NCBI GenBank assembly: GCA_963664295.1
Contig: OY760935.1
Coordinates: 992,001 to 1,056,000, forward strand
From: Candidatus Altimarinota bacterium
GTDB taxonomy: Bacteria > Patescibacteriota > Gracilibacteria > CAIRYL01 > GCA-016699755
DNA length: 64,000 nucleotides
Reading direction: 5' to 3'
In this document: piece by piece, positions 56,308 to 64,000 of the stretch
Layout of the letters: each line of letters begins with the position of its first letter
How positions within the stretch are numbered: position 1 is the stretch's first letter
The notes under the pieces: model-generated
What the model saw: the letters and a program-made list of their open reading frames with translations, nothing else
Databases searched by the model: none
What the model was told of the DNA's origin: nothing
Program-made: the position numbers and the translations under genes

Positions 56308-56952
56308 ATGACTAAACAAGAAATAAAAATTCTTATTATCGGTGTTGTTTTTGCTATTTTGGCAGGAGTTTTTACATTCTATTTACAAATGGAACCAAAA
56401 GAAGACAAAAAAAATACCGAAAAAGCACCAAATTTATCTGAAATTACTATGCAAACTGCAAAACCAAGAAAAAAAGACCTAGTTGCTGAAATGGAAACAA
56501 CAGAAGGAATAATTAAATTTAAATTATTTCCTGAGCAAGCTCCAAAGGCTGTTGAAAATATGCAACTTTTAGCTGAAAAAAATTACTATGATGGAATTAT
56601 TTTTCATCGTGTAATGGAAGATTTTATGATACAAACAGGAGACCCAACAGGCACAGGCCGAGGCGGAAAAAGTGCTTGGGGCGAGGCCTTTGAGGATGAA
56701 TTTTCTTCTGATTTAAAAAATATTCGCGGAGCAGTTTCTATGGCAAATAGCGGTCCTAATACAAATAATTCACAATTTTTTATTGTACAAACAAAAGAAA
56801 CTCCTTGGCTTGATGGTGTGCATACTGTTTTTGGACAAGTTTATGAAGGCATGGATGTTGTTGATAAAATTGCAACCACAAAAACAGATAGTGGCGATAA
56901 ACCATTAAGTGAAATCTCTATAAAATCATTAAAAGTTTACACTTTAGATTAA
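56308..56952 (+). CDS. Cyclophilin-type peptidyl-prolyl isomerase, N-terminally anchored
   Basis: [41 protein letters not shown]. Confidence 0.95.
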   Translation: MTKQEIKILIIGVVFAILAGVFTFYLQMEPKEDKKNTEKAPNLSEITMQTAKPRKKDLVAEMETTEGIIKFKLFPEQAPKAVENMQLLAEKNYYDGIIFHRVMEDFMIQTGDPTGTGRGGKSAWGEAFEDEFSSDLKNIRGAVSMANSGPNTNNSQFFIVQTKETPWLDGVHTVFGQVYEGMDVVDKIATTKTDSGDKPLSEISIKSLKVYTLD

Positions 56953-56956
56953 TTTT

Positions 56957-57499
56957 ATGAATTTTATAGACCTTGCAAAAAAAAGACGTAGCGTGCGCTC
57001 TTATCTTTCCGAGCAAGTAAAAAAAGAAGATATAGAAAAAATTATTCAAGCAGGAACCTGGGCGCCCTCTGCTTTTAATCAACAAGTATTAAAATATTTT
57101 ATTTTACAAGATAAAGAAAAAATAAAATTAGCTTCTGAGGCGATAATGGAAGAAAAATTAAAAAATAAAAATATAAAAAGCAAAATTCGTCCAGTTAATG
57201 ATCCAGTTTATTATGAAGCACCAACAGTAATTTTTGTTTGTACAGAAAAACCACTCAAAGATTATGCAGAAATTGATACTTTTTTCTTTGCTCAAAATTG
57301 TTTTTTACAAGCAGAGGAATTGGGATTAGGAACTTGTGCAATTGGCGCAACAAAATTATTGGAAAACAATTCAATAATAAAAAAACAACTAGGCATGTCA
57401 GAAGATTGGCAAATTCTTTTTAGTTTTTGCCTTGGTTATCCAGCTCAAAAACCACCAGCACCAGAAAGAAAAGAGCCAGAAATAATTTATGAAGATTGA
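56957..57499 (+). CDS. Nitroreductase family protein
   Basis: RRSVRSY, WAPSAFNQQ, LGLGTC, LGYP. Confidence 0.92.
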   Translation: MNFIDLAKKRRSVRSYLSEQVKKEDIEKIIQAGTWAPSAFNQQVLKYFILQDKEKIKLASEAIMEEKLKNKNIKSKIRPVNDPVYYEAPTVIFVCTEKPLKDYAEIDTFFFAQNCFLQAEELGLGTCAIGATKLLENNSIIKKQLGMSEDWQILFSFCLGYPAQKPPAPERKEPEIIYED

Positions 57500-58644
57500 T
57501 TATGTAGTTTTTTAATTGCCTGATTTTTTTCTTTTGCATTAAGCCTGCTTTTAAGTACTGCTTTTTTAAGTATGTCTATTGTTTTGTCGTAGGTTTTTGT
57601 GTCCACAGGATAGGGAATATGGTCTTTGCCACCATGTGCAAAAGAATAACGCGCTGGATCTTCATAAGATGGTTTTGCGCCATAAATAACCTCCGAAACC
57701 AGACTAAGTGCCCTGATTGTTTTTGGTCCTACCCCCTTTTGAGCTATTAGATTTTCATAGTTTTTTGGCTTATGGTCACAAAGTTTGTATAAAATTCTGT
57801 CCAAATATTTACTTTTGGAAAAATTTTCATTCACAACAGGGTGAGCATAAAAATCTTCGTCACTAAGATTTAAAAGAGTTAGCTGATCAGGTCCAACTTT
57901 AGCAGAAACTGCTTTACTTAAGCTTGAAGAATGTTTTCTAAGTAACTGAATATCTTTCATTAAAGCAAAATAGTTTCCGCCAACAAGCTCCGTGCTAAGC
58001 CCTCTGTTTTTATCGCTATTTTTTGAAGTGAGATCGAGAATGTTTTTTGTAGTTAATTGCGAACTTATTCCTGAATGGGGTTCGCGCACAAGGTCTTTTG
58101 CGTTTTCTGAGTGCCAATGATATCTGCGAGCAGTAGATTTTTTTGTATTCATTCCTTGTTGTACTACTGTCCAAGCGCCATTTCTAGAAAAGAAAAAACT
58201 ATGATGATATAGAGTGTAATAATCTTGAACTAAAGAGCTATCCACCTTTGCGCTCATGCGTGAATTATAAATTAAATTATCCACTTTTTGATCTTCCAGG
58301 CTTAGTCTGCTACCCCAGTTTTTAATTTGGTCAGGAGTTTTTAATGAAGTTTTTCCTTTGCCTCCACAAATAAAAACACCTAAATTTTTTTCCTGACCCC
58401 TTATTGCCTCTTTAAGGGCTGCTGTGAGAATTGTAGTGAGTCCAGATGCATTCCAGTCAAAAGCAAGCACAGTGCCCAAGGATTGAAACCAGACAGGATC
58501 ACCAATTCTTTTAATAAACTCATCAGGTCCAAATTCAGCAATAAGGATTTCTGTCATCTCTCTGCCAAGTTTAACCATACGCCTAAAAAGCCAAGCAGGA
58601 CAAGTTCCAGAATCGAGTGTGAATGTGGCTATTCCTTTGTGCAT
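57487..58644 (-). CDS. DUF763 family protein
   Basis: DPVWFQSLG...DWNASGLTT, AKVD...QD, VVQQGMN, RRYHW, GVGPKTIRAL, YSFAHGGKD. Confidence 0.85.
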   Translation of the reverse strand: MHKGIATFTLDSGTCPAWLFRRMVKLGREMTEILIAEFGPDEFIKRIGDPVWFQSLGTVLAFDWNASGLTTILTAALKEAIRGQEKNLGVFICGGKGKTSLKTPDQIKNWGSRLSLEDQKVDNLIYNSRMSAKVDSSLVQDYYTLYHHSFFFSRNGAWTVVQQGMNTKKSTARRYHWHSENAKDLVREPHSGISSQLTTKNILDLTSKNSDKNRGLSTELVGGNYFALMKDIQLLRKHSSSLSKAVSAKVGPDQLTLLNLSDEDFYAHPVVNENFSKSKYLDRILYKLCDHKPKNYENLIAQKGVGPKTIRALSLVSEVIYGAKPSYEDPARYSFAHGGKDHIPYPVDTKTYDKTIDILKKAVLKSRLNAKEKNQAIKKLHNQSS

Positions 58645-58663
58645 TTACATTATTTAGAGCAAA

Positions 58664-60196
58664 CTACATTGTACCTTCAATTTGTTCAAAAATATAGCTT
58701 TTCATTTCATCTGTACTAGGGCGTATCCCAGTTTTTTTTGCTTTTTTATTTCCTTGCTTAAGCATATTAAGCCATTTTGTGCTTCTTGGTGTGCCTTTTT
58801 TTTCTTTAATCATTTGGTTTATTTTTTTAATGCCCTCAAGTTCCCATTCACCTGGTTTTTTGCTTGGCGTTTTAACGCCTAAAGCAGTGGAAATTGTTTG
58901 CACAAACTTACCCCAGTGTGCGGTTTCGCAAAAAGCCATTGGCACTCCTTTTTCTTTTTTTTGTTCAGCAATCACCTGTGCAACTGCAGTGTGTGGATCC
59001 AATATTCTTTTGTGGTTTTTCCAAGTTTTTTTAATTTGTGCCAAGGTTTCTGTTTCACTTACTGTGCCAGAGTCAAAATATTTTCTAAATTCTGTAAAAG
59101 TTTTTTTATCAAGCTTGAATTTTCCTTTATTTTTTAAGTCATTCATCCATTTATTAACTTTTTTATGATCATTTCCACTTAAATAAAATAAAACTCTTTC
59201 AATGTTGCTAGAAATTGCAATATCCATTGAAGGAGAGTAGGTTGTTTGGAATTTTTTTGGATTATATTCACCAGTTTGGCAAAATCTATGCAAAACATCG
59301 TTAATATTTGTGGCAATAATTAATTTTCTAATTGGCACACCCATTTTTTTTGCAAAAAAGGCTGATAAAATATGCCCAAAGTTTCCAGTTGGTACGCAAA
59401 CATCAAATTTTTTATTGATTTTTCGATAAAGCTGAAAAAAAGAAATAATTTGCGGAGCAATTCTGCCAATATTTATTGAATTTAACGAAGAAAGTGTAAT
59501 TGAATATTTTTTTAGTAATTTATTTCTAAAGTTTTTATCATCAAGTAATGGTTTAGCAATTTTTGTTTGGCAAAAATCAAAATTATCTAAAATAGAATAA
59601 GCAGATATACGCCCTTCATCAGTTTGAAAATTATTCATTTGCTCTTTTTGCACATAAGTGACCTTGCCTTTTTCTGGATATAGAATAGAAACATAAGCAT
59701 TTTTTATATCCTGAAAACCTGCCTGTCCCGCACTACCTGTGTCTCCTGAGGTTGCCCCCAACATGAGAATTTTTTTATTTTTTTCTGTTTTTTTATTTTC
59801 AATTTTTAAAGCTTTTTCAATAAAAAAAGGCAAAATAGAAAGAGCAATGTCTTTAAACGCTGCTGTTTTTCCATGCCACTGTTCTATTGAAAAAATTTCA
59901 TTTTTATAATCATAAATAGGTAAAATTTTTTCCTGATTGTCAAAATTATGTTTTGAATAAGCTTTTTTTGCATAAATTGCAATTTCTTTTTTGGGAATAT
60001 CAGAAAAAAACCTACTCAATACTTCTGTTGCTAAATCAGCAAAATTTAATTTTTGTAATTTTTTAAATTCTTCTTTGGTAAGTGGTTTTATTTTTTCAAT
60101 TGGTGTTATTAAGCCATCTTTAATTTTGCCTGACAAAATAGCGCCATAGGAATTAATAGATAAGATTTTTCCATTGCGCGTGTCAACATACTTCAT
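58664..60196 (-). CDS. thrC: Threonine synthase
   Basis: HGKTAAFKD (PLP Lys), ATSGDTG, NSINIGR, VPTGNFG, SPSMDIAISSNIER, DPHTA, ETAHWGKF. Confidence 0.92.
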   Translation of the reverse strand: MKYVDTRNGKILSINSYGAILSGKIKDGLITPIEKIKPLTKEEFKKLQKLNFADLATEVLSRFFSDIPKKEIAIYAKKAYSKHNFDNQEKILPIYDYKNEIFSIEQWHGKTAAFKDIALSILPFFIEKALKIENKKTEKNKKILMLGATSGDTGSAGQAGFQDIKNAYVSILYPEKGKVTYVQKEQMNNFQTDEGRISAYSILDNFDFCQTKIAKPLLDDKNFRNKLLKKYSITLSSLNSINIGRIAPQIISFFQLYRKINKKFDVCVPTGNFGHILSAFFAKKMGVPIRKLIIATNINDVLHRFCQTGEYNPKKFQTTYSPSMDIAISSNIERVLFYLSGNDHKKVNKWMNDLKNKGKFKLDKKTFTEFRKYFDSGTVSETETLAQIKKTWKNHKRILDPHTAVAQVIAEQKKEKGVPMAFCETAHWGKFVQTISTALGVKTPSKKPGEWELEGIKKINQMIKEKKGTPRSTKWLNMLKQGNKKAKKTGIRPSTDEMKSYIFEQIEGTM

Positions 60197-60701
60197 TTTC
60201 TTTCAAAAATTGTACTAGTTGTTCAGTGGTTTTTTCAGCTGGTAATTCTTCTGTAATTGTAAAATATAAATCATGATTTTCTTTATATTTTTGCAATCTC
60301 CAAGTACGAATTTCGTTTAAGCTCATAGTCTGAGCGCCTACAATTCTACTAGTACCGTCTGAGCGAAATTTAACTCTGTGTTCAATGATTTCCATTGGTA
60401 TATCCATCCAAACAATAACAGAATTTTTGCGCAAATGTTCCATACCTTTTTTGCGCAAAGGAACTGAGCCAGAGCTGGCAATAATTGCATTTTTTATGTC
60501 AATGGTTTGTACAATGTCAGCTTCAAAATCTAAAAAACCATCATCGCCAAGCTCCATTAAGTGTTCGGATGCGTCTCGCCCTGTTTGTTCGATTATTAGT
60601 TGATCAACATCAACAAAATTCATACTTAATTTTTTAGCAAGCATTTTGCCAATCTTTGTTTTACCTGAGCCAGGCATACCAATGAGAACGATATTTTTCA
60701 T
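60183..60701 (-). CDS. Shikimate-kinase-fold kinase, probable homoserine kinase
   Basis: GMPGSGKT, DVD; 'SSGS' instead of the AroK 'xGGG'; overlaps the thrC start. Confidence 0.75.
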   Translation of the reverse strand: MKNIVLIGMPGSGKTKIGKMLAKKLSMNFVDVDQLIIEQTGRDASEHLMELGDDGFLDFEADIVQTIDIKNAIIASSGSVPLRKKGMEHLRKNSVIVWMDIPMEIIEHRVKFRSDGTSRIVGAQTMSLNEIRTWRLQKYKENHDLYFTITEELPAEKTTEQLVQFLKENEVC

Positions 60702-60785
60702 AGTCTAGTAGCTATGTTGTGATTGCATTTTGCCTTTTTAAATTTTAAAAATCAAACTAGAATTAACAAAGATTTAATTTATTTC

Positions 60786-62072
60786 ATGAGCTTTATTGCA
60801 GATTTACATATTCACTCAAAATATTCTCGTGCTACTTCAAAAGAAATGAATGTGGTTAGTTTGACAAAATGGGGACAAATAAAAGGAATTAATTTAATTG
60901 GCACTGGTGATTTTACTCATCCGCGCTGGTTTGAAGAAATGGAAGAAAAACTAGAGCCGGCAGAGCCAGGATTGTTTAAATTAAAAGATAAATATGAAAA
61001 GGAGATACAAAAAGAAGTTCCTTCTTCTTGTGTTTCGCCTATGCGTTTTATTTTAAGCTCAGAAATTAGCTCAATTTATAAAAAAAACGACAAGGTGCGT
61101 AAAATACATAATTTAATTTACGCACCAAGTTTTAAAGAAGCAGGAAAATTAAACGCAGAGCTGGGGAAAATAGGCAACATTGTTTCTGATGGTCGTCCAA
61201 TTCTTGGCTTAGATGCAAAAAAATTATTAGAAATAATGCTAAGTATTTCCGAAGAAATGATGTTTATTCCTGCTCATGCCTGGACTCCGCATTTTTCTGT
61301 TTTTGGCTCCAAGTCCGGTTTTGATACTCTTGAAGAAGCATTTGAAGAATTAACTCCATATATTTATGCGCTTGAAACAGGTCTTTCTTCTGACCCACTC
61401 ATGAACTGGCGCTTGTCACAAATTGAAAATTTAACCTTTATTTCTAATTCGGACGCACATTCACCAAGGAAATTAGGTAGAGAAGCAAATATTTTTGACA
61501 CAGAGTTAAGTTATTTTGCAATTATGGATGCAATTAAGAAAAATGATTTAGAAAAATTTCCAGCTACAATTGAATTTTTTCCAGAAGAAGGAAAATATCA
61601 TTTAGATGGGCATAGAAATTGTAATGTTTGTATGACCCCAGCAGAAACTAAAAAAAATAATTATTTATGTCCAAAGTGTGGCAAGCCGTTAACGGTTGGC
61701 GTGCTTCATCGCGTTGATGATCTTGCAGATCATCCAGAGGGCTATAAACCAAAAAAAGCCAGACCTTTTCATAGTATTGTACCTTTGGTGGACATAATTT
61801 CTGAGCTTGAGAAAGTTGGACCGCAAAGTAAAAAAGTAGAAAAAATTTATTTTGATTTAATAAATAATTTAGGAAATGAATTCAAAATTCTTCTTGATGT
61901 ACCAATTCAAGAAATACAAAAATATTCTTCGCCAATAATGGCGGAGGCAATTCAAAGAATGCGCGATGGTCATATTGTTTTACATGGAGGCTATGATGGT
62001 GAATTTGGTGTGGTGAAAATTTTTAGTGATGATGAGAAGCTTAAAATTACAGGACAGCAGAAACTTTGTTAA
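60786..62072 (+). CDS. Endonuclease Q family PHP-domain protein
   Basis: DLHIHSKYSRATS, GTGDFTHP, PAHAWTP, SNSDAHS, GKYH, CxxC...CxxC, GGYDGEFG; start at ATG 60786. Confidence 0.88.
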   Translation: MSFIADLHIHSKYSRATSKEMNVVSLTKWGQIKGINLIGTGDFTHPRWFEEMEEKLEPAEPGLFKLKDKYEKEIQKEVPSSCVSPMRFILSSEISSIYKKNDKVRKIHNLIYAPSFKEAGKLNAELGKIGNIVSDGRPILGLDAKKLLEIMLSISEEMMFIPAHAWTPHFSVFGSKSGFDTLEEAFEELTPYIYALETGLSSDPLMNWRLSQIENLTFISNSDAHSPRKLGREANIFDTELSYFAIMDAIKKNDLEKFPATIEFFPEEGKYHLDGHRNCNVCMTPAETKKNNYLCPKCGKPLTVGVLHRVDDLADHPEGYKPKKARPFHSIVPLVDIISELEKVGPQSKKVEKIYFDLINNLGNEFKILLDVPIQEIQKYSSPIMAEAIQRMRDGHIVLHGGYDGEFGVVKIFSDDEKLKITGQQKLC

Positions 62073-62125
62073 TCTTGATAAATAGCCTTAATTAGGGCAG
62101 GATTTTAAAGAATTTTTAATTTAAA

Positions 62126-63550
62126 ATGAAAAAATTTTTAATATTGATCATAATTATTTTATTGTTTGGACTTGGAATTTGGATTTTTTATCCAAATGTT
62201 TTTGATTTTTTAAAAATTAACGAACCAGAAACTGGGAGGTCAGTACCTGTTCAGCAAGAGCCAGAAAACACAGAATCAGAACCAGAGCTAATAGTAGAAG
62301 AAAATTTAACACTAGAAGAGTATATGACAGCGGGTCAAAGATATTTTGCGCAAGGTTATTTAACATTGGCTTCAAATAATTTTTCACAAGCCGTAAACAC
62401 AGATAGTTCCCACAAAGAAGCACACTTACAGCTAATAAAAACTTTTATTGCGCTTAGAGATTTTGACTCAGCAGAAGCATCTTGCGTGCAGGCTTTAGAG
62501 GTTTTTCAAAAAGATCAGGACTTAACTCTGTTATTAGGTGAGGTTTATATTCAACAAAGTAGATTTGAAGATGCCAAAACAACTTTTAATTCTTTAGCAG
62601 ATACTGTTGCAGAAAAAAAATATTATTTAGGTGCTCTATTTGCTTTTGAGGGTAATCACGAAGAAGCAAAAGTTTTATTAAAAGAAGCTCAGTCATCAAA
62701 AATGCAACTTCAAGCCGATGTTTTACTTGGTGCTTATAGTGAATTTGATTTATTTCCTGATGGTAGCCAACTTCATCTAAAATTATTAATTGCCAAAGCT
62801 TTTGACCAACTTGGTCTTTACGAAATGGCAGTAAAAAACACCAAAGAAATATTAAAAGAAAAAGCTAATTATCGTGATGCCTGGTTGTTATTAGGTCACT
62901 CTTACTTAGCCTTAGAAAAATACGACTTTGCAAAAAGTGCTTTTTTGCAAGGGCTTGAGCTTGATCCAACTAAGCCAGAGACTGCTTATTTTTTGGCACT
63001 CACAGAAGCAGAATTAAAAAATAATTCTTCAGCACTTGAATATATGAATAAGGCATTATTAAATGGTTATGAACCAAAAAAAGATGTCCTCGTTAAACTT
63101 GGTGAATATAATCTTAATGATCAGAAATATTCTGATGCAGTTAAATATTACGAAGAAGCATTAGGTGAAAATCCACAAAGCGTAAATGATTTTATAAGAC
63201 CTATTTGGATATCTATTGATTATTTAAATGACCCTGATGAGGCTTTGCGCTTGGCTGATATGGCTCTTGAAAAATATTCAGAATTAGCGATGGCACATAA
63301 TCTTCAAGGTTGGGCATATCTTGCTGGTGATGATTTTGATAATGCTGAAATTGCTCTAAATAAAGCTTTGGAAATAGATAAAAAAATGGCGGGCGCTTAT
63401 CTTAATCTTGGTAAACTTTATGAAAAAAAAGGCGAAAAAAGTGAAGCTCTTAAAAACTATAAAATCGCCTATGAAATTGATCCAAGTTCTTCTATAGGCG
63501 AAACTGCTGTCTTTTTGTATAATGATTTAGTTGCTAGGGAGCTTAATTGA
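62126..63550 (+). CDS. Membrane-anchored TPR protein
   Basis: N-terminal TM; many TPR-like helix pairs ('AWLLLGHSY...ELDP', 'AYLNLGKLYE...EIDP'). Confidence 0.88.
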   Translation: MKKFLILIIIILLFGLGIWIFYPNVFDFLKINEPETGRSVPVQQEPENTESEPELIVEENLTLEEYMTAGQRYFAQGYLTLASNNFSQAVNTDSSHKEAHLQLIKTFIALRDFDSAEASCVQALEVFQKDQDLTLLLGEVYIQQSRFEDAKTTFNSLADTVAEKKYYLGALFAFEGNHEEAKVLLKEAQSSKMQLQADVLLGAYSEFDLFPDGSQLHLKLLIAKAFDQLGLYEMAVKNTKEILKEKANYRDAWLLLGHSYLALEKYDFAKSAFLQGLELDPTKPETAYFLALTEAELKNNSSALEYMNKALLNGYEPKKDVLVKLGEYNLNDQKYSDAVKYYEEALGENPQSVNDFIRPIWISIDYLNDPDEALRLADMALEKYSELAMAHNLQGWAYLAGDDFDNAEIALNKALEIDKKMAGAYLNLGKLYEKKGEKSEALKNYKIAYEIDPSSSIGETAVFLYNDLVARELN

Positions 63551-63998
63551 TTTTTGATTCAAAAAGTAAATCTTCTGATAAATTAAACAAAGGAGGTGTG
63601 TTGTTTTTAATTTTTTCGTCGTAAGTAATTACTACTGAAGTGAACTTAAATTTATCTTCTATATCCAAAGCTCTATCTGCATCATTGCCACTAAATTTTC
63701 TTAGATTGATTAAGTCAAACCTTGTTGCGGTTTTTGTTTTTTCTTCAAGAGAACAGATGTCTTGTGCAAATTCTGCATAAGTACATTCACTTGGCATCCA
63801 TAAGAATTCATAATTTGGGATTTTTGGATCATCTTCATCTGCAACATTTGTATTTTCTGATCCACCAATAGTATTTCTACTCATAACAGTTCCTTTAATA
63901 AATAATTGCTTATTAAGTTTTGTGTCGAGATCATTTCTAAATTCATCGAATGGGGCATTGTCAAATGACATAATTGAACCCTCTGCTATTATTGAAGC
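63543..63998 (-). CDS. C-terminal part of a gene running off the window (CPR PilX-like/beta-helix C-terminus)
   Basis: Frame stays open beyond 63971 to the window end; 'QLFIKGTVMSRNTIGG...VITYDEKI...PPLF'. Confidence 0.55.
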   Translation of the reverse strand, partial: ASIIAEGSIMSFDNAPFDEFRNDLDTKLNKQLFIKGTVMSRNTIGGSENTNVADEDDPKIPNYEFLWMPSECTYAEFAQDICSLEEKTKTATRFDLINLRKFSGNDADRALDIEDKFKFTSVVITYDEKIKNNTPPLFNLSEDLLFESKIN

Positions 63999-64000
63999 TT

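Overview
AT-rich bacterial chromosome segment using genetic code 11 (TGA terminates ribBA, purH, asd, rpe and pilT at their expected ends). Multiple VirB2/TrbC-like pilins, tandem PilT ATPases, several SLH-domain surface proteins, very large hypothetical proteins and mostly SD-less starts point to a Patescibacteria/CPR organism, probably Peregrinibacteria-like (inference). Housekeeping genes: valS, coaE, lepB, gatB, murJ, ribBA, trpS, guaB, rpiB, rpe, purH, thyX, ftsH, topA, hup, pheT, lysC, asd, thrC; tRNA-Glu, tRNA-His and tRNA-Ile. Most notable: (1) five identical 80-bp tandem repeats start at the 3' end of tRNA-His. Each regenerates the tRNA 3' end, carries two blocks complementary in register to the tRNA anticodon loop and D-arm, and holds an ATGA-coupled 27-codon ORF. 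(2) An unannotated 28-aa Gly/Cys peptide gene shows synonymous divergence between its internal repeats. (3) A 1367-aa protein has a coiled-coil/TM/LysM/beta-barrel-like/Ig/Pro-repeat layout resembling an inverse autotransporter. (4) A shikimate-kinase-fold gene overlapping thrC is a likely homoserine kinase. (5) Several promoter-like sites have GAAAAT in place of TATAAT. All family assignments come from motif recognition by eye; no searches were run.
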